A stretch of 54,340 bases of DNA from Candidatus Hermodarchaeota archaeon (GTDB lineage Archaea; Asgardarchaeota; Hermodarchaeia; Hermodarchaeales; Hermodarchaeaceae): NCBI GenBank assembly GCA_016839365.1, contig JAEOUH010000022.1, positions 1 to 54,340 on the forward strand, read 5' to 3'. Positions 28,937-39,580 of the stretch are shown piece by piece; position 1 is the stretch's first letter, and every line of letters begins with the position of its first letter. The notes under the pieces were generated by a model that was not told where the DNA came from, searched no databases, and worked only from the letters and a program-made list of their open reading frames with translations. Both the position numbers and the translations under genes were made by a program.

Positions 28937-30595
28937 TTGCGTTTCTTTGGGCATCTCATCAAAGGTGAAATCACGACACCAGAGGAAAAACAGACCCGTA
29001 GCTTTCCGAATATGAATAAGGCGATTAGTGACCCACGAATTCTTTTTGCCATGGCTTTAGCCGGTCAAGATTCAGTTAGCCGTTTTGCAACCCGCTACTT
29101 CAGTGAACAGCTCCCTGAAAAGACACCAGAAATCCGATTACTCAAAGACTACATTCGGGTTCATGGCTATCCCAAGGCCTCAACCGATGAAATCCATGAG
29201 ATCCAATTTGCCGAATACGCTGTTGGAGGTGTAAAAGAAACCACTATCGCCTGTGAGGAAGCCGCACGGATCCGCCATCTGATGCATCGCGAATTGAATG
29301 AGAGTGGTAACGGATTGACCCTTGAGGAACGAATGAAGAGCATTCTAACCTTACACAATATTATGTCGAAGCATTATGACACATTCAAGACTATAGGAGT
29401 CGCTGAAGGCACTCCAGTCAAACTCTTTGATTGGCAGACCACCAAGACCTTCGATACCCTTTGCCAAGAAAAAGCAGATTTCATTGCAGACCGGCTGGGA
29501 CCAAAGGAGATACCCTGCTCGGTGGAAGGAGAAAGAACAATCCTCACACGTTATCCTTTCGGTGCTGTGGGCATTTTTCCACCCTATAACGCTGCCTTAG
29601 GCTTGGGATTTATGGCAATTCTGAGTTCTTATTATGCTGGAAACGCCAATGTGACGCGCACTCCAACTCGAATGCCGCTCACGAACATGGAACTCGCTTA
29701 TGTTCTCCGGGATGCCATGGAAACTTTAGACTTCCCAACGAGTGCCTTCCAAGCAATAATTGGCCCTGCCCGTCCTATTGCCCAATACATGGTTAAAACA
29801 GCTCCGTTAAATGCAATTGTATATTACGGAGATTCACAGGTCGGTCTTGGATTAATGGCTCAGGCAATCCAACGGGGAATGCACTTTGTACCAGAGCTTG
29901 CAGGAAGCGGTGCCAGCCTCGTCTGGAAGGATGTCGACATTGAAAAAACCGCAGCTTTTGTATCTCGGGCACGGTTCTTTGGATCCGGGCAGATTTGCCT
30001 AGCAGCTAAGCGGTTGTTCCTCCATGAGGCTATTTATGATGAGTTCATTGAGGCATTGGTACAAGAAAGCGAGAAGCTGAAAGTAGGTTATCCTGCAGAT
30101 CCATATACCGATTTGCCCATCGTGGGAAGCCGGGCCCTATATCAAATCATCGACATGACCCGCGAAGCTGTGAAGAAAGGCGCAAACCTGGAATGTGGTG
30201 GATACCGTATTGATGTTTACGGTGAGCGAGATGATGCAGGCCTATTTTACAAACCAACCGTGCTCCGAGATGTTCCCTTAGACTGCCAAATGTGGTATCA
30301 AGAAACCTTTGGACCCGTCCTACCCGTCATGAAGATTCGGAGCTTCGATCAAGCCATCGCACAAGCTAATAACACCCCTTATGGGATTCGCACTTCAGTC
30401 TATAGTGAGGATCCACATATTTGGCAACGATTCTTTGATGAAATTGAAGCCCCCGGAGTTGCAATTAACACTGACCATCTTCATTTCGATACATTCTTCC
30501 CACACCTTGGCGGGCTCAAAACGAGTGGCGTGTTTGGTGGCAAATATTTCTATGAAGCGCTGACTTATCTGAAGTATCGACACTTCCCTGCGTGA
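28937..30595 (+). CDS. Aldehyde dehydrogenase family protein (divergent)
   Basis: PPYN, PELAG, GQICLA, ETFGPV, ANNTPYG; the FTGS motif reads YYGD. Confidence 0.85.
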   Translation: MRFFGHLIKGEITTPEEKQTRSFPNMNKAISDPRILFAMALAGQDSVSRFATRYFSEQLPEKTPEIRLLKDYIRVHGYPKASTDEIHEIQFAEYAVGGVKETTIACEEAARIRHLMHRELNESGNGLTLEERMKSILTLHNIMSKHYDTFKTIGVAEGTPVKLFDWQTTKTFDTLCQEKADFIADRLGPKEIPCSVEGERTILTRYPFGAVGIFPPYNAALGLGFMAILSSYYAGNANVTRTPTRMPLTNMELAYVLRDAMETLDFPTSAFQAIIGPARPIAQYMVKTAPLNAIVYYGDSQVGLGLMAQAIQRGMHFVPELAGSGASLVWKDVDIEKTAAFVSRARFFGSGQICLAAKRLFLHEAIYDEFIEALVQESEKLKVGYPADPYTDLPIVGSRALYQIIDMTREAVKKGANLECGGYRIDVYGERDDAGLFYKPTVLRDVPLDCQMWYQETFGPVLPVMKIRSFDQAIAQANNTPYGIRTSVYSEDPHIWQRFFDEIEAPGVAINTDHLHFDTFFPHLGGLKTSGVFGGKYFYEALTYLKYRHFPA

Positions 30596-30674
30596 CCTCT
30601 TATGTCGTATTATGTGAAAGGCTTTTAACCTAAAACGTTCTGCAAAGGCACAGAGCACAAGGTGCTGGGTAAGC

Positions 30675-31838
30675 ATGTACGATGAAGAACTTACTAATTT
30701 AATGATTCCTGGACCGGTTCCCATTCATCCACGCGTCTACCGAGCTATGTCGCGGGTAATATTCGGTCATCGAACTCCTGAATATCAAAACCTCTACAAA
30801 GAAACCGTATCGCTGCTTCAGCGACTATTGCAAACCGAACAGGATGTTTTGGTCTTCGCGGGATCAGGTACAGCTGCAATGGAAGCTGCAATCGCAAATA
30901 CCTTGGAACCCGGTGAAAGAGTCCTGAACCTAGTAAACGGCAATTTCAGCGAACGTTGGACCGAGTTGACCACTACCTTTGGTGGAACACCAGTCATTCA
31001 GGAGTATTCCTATGGGCAAGCAGTCGATCCTGAAAGGGTGCGCGAAGCCCTAGCCTCCGATGCCTCTATTCGTATTGTTACAATGTGTCATAACGAGACA
31101 TCTACAGGCGTTTTGAATCCTGCAAAAGAAGTTGGACAAATCGTTCGTGATTATGACCGCCTTTTCCTTGTCGACGGAATTACCTCGGTGGGTGGAGATT
31201 ATGTCTTTCCCGATAAATGGAATTTCGATATGTTGGTCACCGGCAGCCAGAAATGCCTTGGAGTCCCCCCTGGGCTATGCGCAATCTGGGTAGGCTCCCG
31301 CGCTTGGCAAAAAATCGAAAAACGAAAACAGCCAAGCCCAACCTTTTACCTGAATTTATTAAAAGCTAAGAAACGTTATGATGGGTTCGGTGACTCACCG
31401 TTCACGTCAGCAGTCAGCCTCATGTATGGCCTTCACGAATCGCTCAAGATTATGTTTGAAGAAGGCTACGAAAATCGAGTTGAGCGACATCATCGACTTG
31501 GACGAATCACCCGTGCCGGTTATTTGGGCAGCGGATTAGAGTTATTAGCGGATCCAGCTCATTATTCAAACACAGTCACCGCAGTGAAGTATCCTTCCGG
31601 AATCACTGACAAGGAATTCCGGGGTCAGCTTCAAAATCTAGGGATATTAGTTGCGGGTGGCCAGGGACCCGTGAAAGGTAAGATTTGGCGAACCAACCAC
31701 ATGAATATCTGCACGGAACGTGATGTACTTTCCACTTTAGCAATAATTGAGGTCGTGTTAAAGCGCTTGGGATACGAATTCCCCCTTGGATCCGGAGTCC
31801 TTGCAGCTCAAGAGCAGTTATTGAAAGAAAAAGTCTAG
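30675..31838 (+). CDS. Class V aminotransferase (serine-pyruvate/alanine-glyoxylate family)
   Basis: MIPGP, GSGTAAMEAA, HNETSTG, GSQKCL. Confidence 0.92.
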   Translation: MYDEELTNLMIPGPVPIHPRVYRAMSRVIFGHRTPEYQNLYKETVSLLQRLLQTEQDVLVFAGSGTAAMEAAIANTLEPGERVLNLVNGNFSERWTELTTTFGGTPVIQEYSYGQAVDPERVREALASDASIRIVTMCHNETSTGVLNPAKEVGQIVRDYDRLFLVDGITSVGGDYVFPDKWNFDMLVTGSQKCLGVPPGLCAIWVGSRAWQKIEKRKQPSPTFYLNLLKAKKRYDGFGDSPFTSAVSLMYGLHESLKIMFEEGYENRVERHHRLGRITRAGYLGSGLELLADPAHYSNTVTAVKYPSGITDKEFRGQLQNLGILVAGGQGPVKGKIWRTNHMNICTERDVLSTLAIIEVVLKRLGYEFPLGSGVLAAQEQLLKEKV

Positions 31839-31957
31839 CACTCGACATTTCATGACGCGTCATCCTTATAGCCGGTGAGGAGAATCAATTAACGTCGTAG
31901 AAAATCAGTGAATTGACGTCCTACGTGAGAGACCGAATCAGGATTGAAGTGAAAAAA

Positions 31958-34900
31958 ATGACCCCAAATGATGAGAACCCCCCAGCTTCATCAAAGAAGG
32001 AAGAAAGTGCTGCTCAATGTGCACCCCCTATTGAGATTTCGTCTGAGTTGTTAACGGCTTTGCAAGTGCGGTTTAAGCTCACGGAGTCTCAAAGTCGTGC
32101 TTACACCGTATTGTTGGTATTAGGTCAGTTGACTGCAGATGAAGTCAGCAACTATTCGGGAATGCCGATGACCAAGATAAAAAGCACCATTAAAACCCTT
32201 GAAGATAAGCAACTAATCAAGCCTCTACCCGGTGTTGTCACCCGCTACCGAGCTTTTGCACCCTATAAGGAGTTTGCTGATGAAGTTCAATCGTTCACTA
32301 AAGACACTGAAAAATCTTGGAAAGAATTACAAAAACTCCAAACACAAACATTGAGTGAAATCCATGACGAGCTGCAAACGATGACGAGGCAAACTCGTAG
32401 CTCCTTAGAGAACCTGAACGAACGGCAAGGAATTGCATTAAACGAAGCGGCAATGGCTACTAACATTGTTTTGAGCAATGTGGCTGAAAACCTGCAGAAA
32501 TCCTTGGATAGCCTTACAACGACGAGTGTGAATGAGATCTCTGAGCACACAACATCAATCCAACAGGCTCTCAGCACCCTCGTTGATAAGGGATTTTCTC
32601 AATTAGATGCCGATCAACAACTCGCCCTAGATGATGCATCAAAGGCAATGAGTGCCCACCAAGAGGATGCGAACCAATGGGTTAGCTCCATATTGGAACA
32701 AGTCTTAGATCGAACTTCTGGAAGTGCCCAGCAATTTACAACCCGTTTAGATGATGCAAAGGTCCTTTTCGACCGTAATATAGATTCCAGCATCAAAAGC
32801 GTTGTAACCGAAGTCACCTCACAGAAAGAAGAGACCACTGATATCATCGAGGATACTGCGAATACTGTCACAGATGAAATCACAACCCACACCCACGAGA
32901 CGCAACAGGTGTTAGCCGCGTTACAAAAGGAAACCAAGCAAGTTTTAACAAAACACAATCAGGATCTCTCATCTCAAATACGAAATATATGGGCACAGCA
33001 GACACAGGCCTTGGATAACGCAATTATGGACCTCGAAAAAACTGTTCAAAAGGAAAATCAGCAACTAATTCAGGAAAGGGATATAGCTGCTGCAACAATG
33101 AATACAAAAATAAAATCAGGGCGTGAAGACTCAGTACAGATTATAGAAACGCTGTTTCAAGATTTAAAGAAAACTCAACAGCATATTAGTTCCGAGTTAC
33201 GGCGGCTCCATAAAGAAGCTGAAACAACCATTGCACAATGGCCTCCCTCATCACTGAATTTTTCACAATTCTCTAAAATCAAAACCACAACATCGAAACT
33301 AGTTGAGCAAGTAAAAACTGAACAGGTTCAGGTGTTGGATAGTACAAGCCAGAATTTAACCGTTGAAATGCGAGATACTTACTTAACAAGTCTTCTTGAA
33401 GTCCAGAATCTGCTACAGGCACTTATTGAAGAAAGTAAGACGCAGAAAACCAAGCTTACGGAAAATTTCAAATCGATTGCTGATCAAGTTGGACGGCGAC
33501 TCAAACGCCGATTAGGTATAATTCAGAAAACAGCCGAAACATTTCTGTCAGATTTTCAGTCCAATGCGGATTCATTGGAAGCCCAACATCAGGCCTTTGG
33601 CAAACAAATGCAAAAACTTCTCAAAACAGAGGCCAACGCCACTCTAAAAGCACTTGAAGAAACTGAAGCCCAGATTAAAGATTACAGTGGCACCCGATTA
33701 CTCCAAGCACAAGATGCCATAAAACGGTCAGTTAAAGAGAATCTGGCAAAAGCCACGAAAGAACAAGAGGGCACATTAAAACAAGTAAGAACTTTCCAGG
33801 CAGCAATGAAAAACGCGATTAAGGAAGCAACTAAAGAATTACACCAAGAATTTGCCAAGCTTGAAGGTATCGTTCGGCAATATTCTGATGGAATTGAAAG
33901 CACCGCTGATAAGTTCCGCTCCGAACAAATTCTAAAAATCGAAACGGCAATTGAAAAGTACCAGCCTGAACTCACAACACTACAATCGACCCGTGATAGT
34001 GCAATCACTCGCGCTATGAATTCATTGGCAACCCAACTTACCAAGCGAAGCCAAAACACTTTGAATGACTTCAACACTCTCATGTTAGAAATCATTCCAG
34101 TTTATGGTCTCTCTGCACTGGATTCATATCAAACTACTTTTCAAAAAAATGCAATCACTCTAGAAACTAAAGCTCTATCAGCAACAGAGTCGGCAATACC
34201 GGTGCAACTCACTGCATCAGAGCTTGAAACCATTGATACAGGGATTACAAAGGCTCTGAGCAAACAGATAGATGATGTTTCGGCGAGTTTCGAAGACTTC
34301 CTTGCAAGCCAGCAAACATTGCAGGATTCACAGTCAGAAACTGCATTAAGTTTAGCGCAGGATGAGTTAATCGAAGTATTTGGGCAGCAAATCTCTGAAC
34401 ACAACGAGGCCCTCGCGAAATCGTTCAGAAGTAAACTGAAACCTGTTTTAAACCAATGCAAAACCAAGATTTCGAACCAGATAAACCGTGAAGAACAGAT
34501 CATCAAACTAATCCAGACAGCACAAAAAAAGATCAAGACAGCGTTAACCCCATTTGTAGCCAGGCGATCAAAAGCTATTCGTGATAAACTCGATGAAGAA
34601 CTCGAATCAACCTTTCAAACTCTTAGATCTCAACTAGAAAAACAGACCAACCGTGAAGCTAAAGTCGTAGAAATTATCGACTCAACCGCAACCAATCTAG
34701 AAAAGTTATCAGAAGCCCAATTCATGAAAGGGTCCGAGAAAAACCTAAACGAACAAGTATCGAATCTCCTAGCAATTTTCACTGAATACCAATCGGCCCT
34801 GAAACGTCAACACATGACCAATACAAAAAGTATCACTACTGAATTTCAAGATTTGTTTAATCAAATGATAGAGGCAAGTTATGTAGGAAGCTTGAAACCG

Positions 34901-37336
34901 CAAATAAATAGCCTCCTGCAAAAAACTTGCACAGAAGTGTTAGAACTTTATCGAACAAAAATTGCAGCAGAACAAACAACCTTGATTGAAAAGGCAGAGG
35001 TAGCCTATCAAACTGCATTAGATAACCAACTCCGCACTCAACTGCAACCCAGAATTAATGAGTATTCAACCTCTGAAAACCCTGCAATCAGCGCTTTAAT
35101 TGATGAAACAAAAATCGTTCTTGCAGAGACAATTAAAAAAGGTGATGCAAACAATCGAACTCTCATTGAAAAGTACTGGTTGCCTCTGACAAAAATCATT
35201 GAGGAATATTCCTCTGCCGTAGTGGGTAACCTCACAGCTCTAAACACGGCAACCGGTTCTGCAGTCGACCAGACAACCTTGAATGTCAACACGACCCTGA
35301 CGAATTTCGAAGATGACTCGAACAAGTTATTGACAGCTACTGTTCAAACTCTTGATCGAGAAAAAAGTGGAATCAACGAGCAAATCATGCAAAGCTTCAC
35401 CGAATTGCAAGAGGACTGCATCGCACAGCTTCAAGAAGCTCAAACCCTCCTTGAAACATTGAATAGTGATATTGTGGCACGAAAGGCTGCAACAACTGAT
35501 AAAATCGAAAAGATGGCGGGGGAAATTGATGCCACGACAACCTCAAATTATGCAACTACTCGGGAAATCGCTAATTCCTTTGTAGAGAAGGTCCAAAATG
35601 AATTAGCAACCCAGGGAGAAAGGGTTGAGAACCTCAAGAAAACTATCCAAGATCTAATCCATAAACAGGGAGTGGCTCTAAACGAGAGTGTGGATCGAAT
35701 CTTAACACAACTGGTTGAGTTCTCAGAAACGCAGATACCAAAAATGCAAGGCATCACAGAAGAGATAGGGCAAAATTGTGTGAATCGCATCGAAGAGCAA
35801 AGAACTATCACGGACCAAAACTTAGATGAATTCGCGCTTGCTCTTTCGAAAGAATTAGACAAGTACACTTCCACATTACAACAAGAGTTGGAACAGCTAC
35901 AAACCATTTCATCAAAATTAGTGGAGAAAATCGGAAAAACCACTGACACTATTGATACGGAAATTACCAAGGAAACCGACACCAGCAAAGTGAACCTGCT
36001 CAACGCGATCAACACTCAACAGCAGACATTGAATCAGGATATTACCGCAACGTTTGAATCACTAGCTGAGAAAACACAACAAATTCAGGTTCAACTGCTG
36101 GATAACCTAAATCGTGTTCGAGAGGAAGGAAAAGAAGCGCTTGACCAAGACCAAAATGAAATCACTACTGCTTTAGATACCACTCTCAACTCAACAGTGA
36201 ACAAAAGTGAACATTCCATTCAAGCACAACTCGAAACACAGAAGACAAAAACTCAATCCCTAATCACACAACTAGGCGAAACTCTTTCAACCCTTAGAAA
36301 TAGAGTAACCACAACCTCAGATAGTCTTCAGGAATCAGTAACATCTGCGTTGATGAACACTCAAACCGAACTCACAAAGATTCACTCAAATTCGAAGACA
36401 TTAATAGAAGAAGGAAATCAGGCCCTTAAAACTGAAATAGGACAGGAAGCGGAAAAGGCTCTGCAAAGCCAAACCAAATCGATAGGCTTAACTGAGTCTC
36501 GATTAAAGCGGGCAATCCAGGATAGTATCCGTCGAACGAAGGAAAGCCTACAGAGTTTGAAAGGTACAACATCAACAGATCTTCAGCAAAAGAACAAATC
36601 CTTCATTGCATCCGTCACTCAAGTTCTGGAGAACGCTAAAGACGGACTAGTGACTCAAACTCAACAAACAGGGAGGCGTATTAGTCGTACCCTGAGCAAA
36701 GAACGCCAAACTTTGAAAACTGATTATCAGACTCTGGCAAAAGAAATTAATACACGAGCTAAGACTGCCGAGACAACAGCTGTGAACTCGTTGCAACTCT
36801 TCTCGGCACAAACTGAGCCAACTCTAGACCGCTTGCGAACACAGGCAGTTCAAACGGAAGACATTCTTATCGGTCTATGGGATACGCTTACAAAACTAGA
36901 ACCCCCTGAAGCTGAGCGAACTTGGCGTATTGTTACCTGCGAAGGGATTCAAAACCATTTGTTAGACATGTTTCGTAGAGTTGATGAAACGATTACCTTG
37001 GTATATCCCTCGTTTGATGAGGTGCCAGTAACGGAACTTAGTAAAATTCAACCAAAAAGCCGTGTACATATAATTACCACGTTTGATGGAGAAAAACAGT
37101 TGGCTAGTGCCCAGAAGCTCTTACAACATGGGAATATCCGAATCTGGGATAACCCGAATATGGAGTTCTACGGTGGATCCAGGGATGGGGAAGAAGTTCT
37201 CATCGCCCCTACCTATGGGAATCAGGGGGAAATCGTTGCAGTTGTTAGCGACCAAGCAAGTTACATTGCATTATTCAATCAAACGTTAGGACCACGATGG
37301 GTTTCCGCATCAGAGGAAATTCGCCTTCGAAGTTGA
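31958..37336 (+). CDS. Giant TrmB-family protein: wHTH + about 1,550-aa helical/coiled-coil insert + TrmB PLD-like domain
   Basis: LTESQSRAYTVLL..TADEVSNYSG..LEDKQLI..YRAFAP; Q/E/T/L-rich Pro-poor middle; C-terminal RDGEEVLIAP. Confidence 0.8.
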   Translation: MTPNDENPPASSKKEESAAQCAPPIEISSELLTALQVRFKLTESQSRAYTVLLVLGQLTADEVSNYSGMPMTKIKSTIKTLEDKQLIKPLPGVVTRYRAFAPYKEFADEVQSFTKDTEKSWKELQKLQTQTLSEIHDELQTMTRQTRSSLENLNERQGIALNEAAMATNIVLSNVAENLQKSLDSLTTTSVNEISEHTTSIQQALSTLVDKGFSQLDADQQLALDDASKAMSAHQEDANQWVSSILEQVLDRTSGSAQQFTTRLDDAKVLFDRNIDSSIKSVVTEVTSQKEETTDIIEDTANTVTDEITTHTHETQQVLAALQKETKQVLTKHNQDLSSQIRNIWAQQTQALDNAIMDLEKTVQKENQQLIQERDIAAATMNTKIKSGREDSVQIIETLFQDLKKTQQHISSELRRLHKEAETTIAQWPPSSLNFSQFSKIKTTTSKLVEQVKTEQVQVLDSTSQNLTVEMRDTYLTSLLEVQNLLQALIEESKTQKTKLTENFKSIADQVGRRLKRRLGIIQKTAETFLSDFQSNADSLEAQHQAFGKQMQKLLKTEANATLKALEETEAQIKDYSGTRLLQAQDAIKRSVKENLAKATKEQEGTLKQVRTFQAAMKNAIKEATKELHQEFAKLEGIVRQYSDGIESTADKFRSEQILKIETAIEKYQPELTTLQSTRDSAITRAMNSLATQLTKRSQNTLNDFNTLMLEIIPVYGLSALDSYQTTFQKNAITLETKALSATESAIPVQLTASELETIDTGITKALSKQIDDVSASFEDFLASQQTLQDSQSETALSLAQDELIEVFGQQISEHNEALAKSFRSKLKPVLNQCKTKISNQINREEQIIKLIQTAQKKIKTALTPFVARRSKAIRDKLDEELESTFQTLRSQLEKQTNREAKVVEIIDSTATNLEKLSEAQFMKGSEKNLNEQVSNLLAIFTEYQSALKRQHMTNTKSITTEFQDLFNQMIEASYVGSLKPQINSLLQKTCTEVLELYRTKIAAEQTTLIEKAEVAYQTALDNQLRTQLQPRINEYSTSENPAISALIDETKIVLAETIKKGDANNRTLIEKYWLPLTKIIEEYSSAVVGNLTALNTATGSAVDQTTLNVNTTLTNFEDDSNKLLTATVQTLDREKSGINEQIMQSFTELQEDCIAQLQEAQTLLETLNSDIVARKAATTDKIEKMAGEIDATTTSNYATTREIANSFVEKVQNELATQGERVENLKKTIQDLIHKQGVALNESVDRILTQLVEFSETQIPKMQGITEEIGQNCVNRIEEQRTITDQNLDEFALALSKELDKYTSTLQQELEQLQTISSKLVEKIGKTTDTIDTEITKETDTSKVNLLNAINTQQQTLNQDITATFESLAEKTQQIQVQLLDNLNRVREEGKEALDQDQNEITTALDTTLNSTVNKSEHSIQAQLETQKTKTQSLITQLGETLSTLRNRVTTTSDSLQESVTSALMNTQTELTKIHSNSKTLIEEGNQALKTEIGQEAEKALQSQTKSIGLTESRLKRAIQDSIRRTKESLQSLKGTTSTDLQQKNKSFIASVTQVLENAKDGLVTQTQQTGRRISRTLSKERQTLKTDYQTLAKEINTRAKTAETTAVNSLQLFSAQTEPTLDRLRTQAVQTEDILIGLWDTLTKLEPPEAERTWRIVTCEGIQNHLLDMFRRVDETITLVYPSFDEVPVTELSKIQPKSRVHIITTFDGEKQLASAQKLLQHGNIRIWDNPNMEFYGGSRDGEEVLIAPTYGNQGEIVAVVSDQASYIALFNQTLGPRWVSASEEIRLRS

Positions 37337-37360
37337 GAACCCAGATTGTAGAAGACAACG

Positions 37361-39100
37361 CTATTCAGTGCGACCAACCCGGTTGGTTGCCGCCTTCCGT
37401 TGGAACTGTGAATCGTAGAGCTCTTGCACATGTTGGATGGTGTCAGCTTCATTCGGATCTTTATCATAGCGTAGTCGTTTAATTCGTGCGAAGCGAAGCG
37501 CCATGCCGGACTTGTACGTAGGGCTTTGTTGAATCTCATCATATTCAACTTCGACCATAATCCGTGGGTGTACTGTGACAATGCCCCCACGTTGTTCAAT
37601 CTTAAGATCCAGGAGATGCTGGGTAATCTCTTCAAATTCCGCATCCGTTAGCCCCTTGAAGGTTTTTCCAAGCATGTGAAACTCTCCAGTTTCAGGGTCC
37701 TGCGCGGCAAGATGATAGTCACTCAGCCATCGATGTCGTCGCCCCGTTCCCCATTCAGCTGCAATAATCACCAGGTCAAGGGTTTCCATACTTTGTTTAA
37801 CCTTCAACCAAACCTTTCCTCGTTTACCTGGCTGATAGGTACTGTCTAAGCGTTTTGCAACAAGACCCTCATGCCCAGCCTCGATGGCCTTATCAAAAAA
37901 CGATTGGGCCTTTGAGAAATCGGAGGTCACAAGTTGTTCAACTAGGTTAACAGCGCCACTAACCTTCTCGAGGCGCTTTCGACGGACTTGGTAGGGTGAG
38001 TCAATGAGGACATTTCCGTCTTCCATTAATAAGTCAAACAGGTACAAGGTTACAGGAATTTCTGCAATCATTTCTTCAACGTTGTGAACCCGTCGGAACC
38101 GTCGCATTAGATATTGGAAGGGATAAGGACGTCCGTCAGGTCCTTGTGACAGCACTTCCCCTTCAAGGATACAGCTTTGTAAACTAACTTGGTTGCCAAC
38201 TAATTCTACCAGATCAGGAAGGCTTTCCGTGACCTCGGTCAACCGGCGACTGTAAATGCGTATCTGGGTCTGGTTGACAGCCCGTTGTAGGTGAATCTGA
38301 ACACGGGCGCCATCCAGCTTCATTTCAAAAGCCGATGTTCCATCATGAATTTTCAGGGCATCTTTGACATCTTCGGCTTGTGCGGCCAACATAGGAAGCA
38401 AGGGAACGAACGCGCAAAGCTCCACCTTTTCCAACCCTTCAGAGCCCTCATGAAAAGCCCTCCGTGTTACCTCACCAATATTACCTGTGAGCATATTCGC
38501 ACGGCGAACCAAGTCCAGAGGTATATTCAGCGTTCGGGCGATTGCACTTTCCAACATTCCAGCACTGAAACCTATCCTTTGATCCCCCACAAGCAGTTTT
38601 GCGATATACTTCGCCTCTAGCGGTGAGGCACGTGTGAATAAGGCTCGGAGTAATGTGGTTTTTCGTTTTCGGGACCCCGGGCCCTGCGCATCTGCGATTT
38701 CGGTAAAAGTGGAATGGACATCCTGTATTGTCAAAGGCGTTGTAAACAATGTCGATTGCCGGATAGCTCCCGAACGAAGATACAATTGGTATATAACTTC
38801 ACCAATATCTCCTGATTGTGCAAAGAGTTCATTTAACAATTCCCGCGATGGGTGAAGAAGCTCCTGGAGAATCTGATTGAGGGCTTTCCAATCAAGAGCC
38901 AACGTCCGTTGGCTAGTCCGTGGAAAAGGACGCCCAATAAGGAGTAAGGCCCCAATTTCAGTCTCATCAACCGATAAATTTGCCAGGAACGCCCCAGCCA
39001 GATCCATTTTTTCTAAACGACCCGAGGTTCCCATAATAGCCTCAGAAACATCTGCCAAGACCTGAAACGGAGTTGCGGGAGTAGTAACCGCCTTCGACAT
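37361..39100 (-). CDS. lig: ATP-dependent DNA ligase
   Basis: EMKLDGAR adenylation motif, LEGEV, EGLVAK, WLKVK, ALRFAR..LRYDK. Confidence 0.96.
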   Translation of the reverse strand: MSKAVTTPATPFQVLADVSEAIMGTSGRLEKMDLAGAFLANLSVDETEIGALLLIGRPFPRTSQRTLALDWKALNQILQELLHPSRELLNELFAQSGDIGEVIYQLYLRSGAIRQSTLFTTPLTIQDVHSTFTEIADAQGPGSRKRKTTLLRALFTRASPLEAKYIAKLLVGDQRIGFSAGMLESAIARTLNIPLDLVRRANMLTGNIGEVTRRAFHEGSEGLEKVELCAFVPLLPMLAAQAEDVKDALKIHDGTSAFEMKLDGARVQIHLQRAVNQTQIRIYSRRLTEVTESLPDLVELVGNQVSLQSCILEGEVLSQGPDGRPYPFQYLMRRFRRVHNVEEMIAEIPVTLYLFDLLMEDGNVLIDSPYQVRRKRLEKVSGAVNLVEQLVTSDFSKAQSFFDKAIEAGHEGLVAKRLDSTYQPGKRGKVWLKVKQSMETLDLVIIAAEWGTGRRHRWLSDYHLAAQDPETGEFHMLGKTFKGLTDAEFEEITQHLLDLKIEQRGGIVTVHPRIMVEVEYDEIQQSPTYKSGMALRFARIKRLRYDKDPNEADTIQHVQELYDSQFQRKAATNRVGRTE

Positions 39101-39200
39101 CAATAGCCCCTTCTTTTCCTCAAAATCTTGCATTCCTACAAGCTTAAAAAGTGTGCCTTGATACATCCATGGTAACTTCCAATTACGTAGGTTCTAAAAA

Positions 39201-39539
39201 ATGAAAGTCCATGAATTAACTTCCGCATCCCGAAGTGTTAACATTCGGTTGCGTATCCTTTCCTTAGAGCCCGTTCGAGATGTGGAGACACGCTATGGCA
39301 AAGCCCGAGTGGCCACGGCTCAAGCGGGTGATGAAACTGGCACGATCAAGCTCTCATTATGGAACGATGATATCGACATGGTCGATGAAGGAGCCATTGT
39401 TGAAGTTGAAAACGGGTTCATCAAAACGTTTCGTGGAGAAATGGAACTATCTGCAGGACGATATGGAACCATCTCACTAGTTGATGATCCAGAGTTTCCG
39501 TCACGGGAAGAAATTATGAGTAAGCATCCTGGTGAATAA
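39201..39539 (+). CDS. ssb: Single OB-fold single-stranded DNA-binding protein
   Basis: GDETGTIKLSLW, VENGFIKTFRGEMELSAGRYG. Confidence 0.85.
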   Translation: MKVHELTSASRSVNIRLRILSLEPVRDVETRYGKARVATAQAGDETGTIKLSLWNDDIDMVDEGAIVEVENGFIKTFRGEMELSAGRYGTISLVDDPEFPSREEIMSKHPGE

Positions 39540-39580
39540 GCTAACGCTTCAGGTCTAATAGTGTTTGAGGAAGACTGTAA

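Noticed and set aside
32287-36015. Several minus-strand ORFs inside the giant TrmB gene
   Set aside because: Antisense shadows of a biased coiled-coil sequence.
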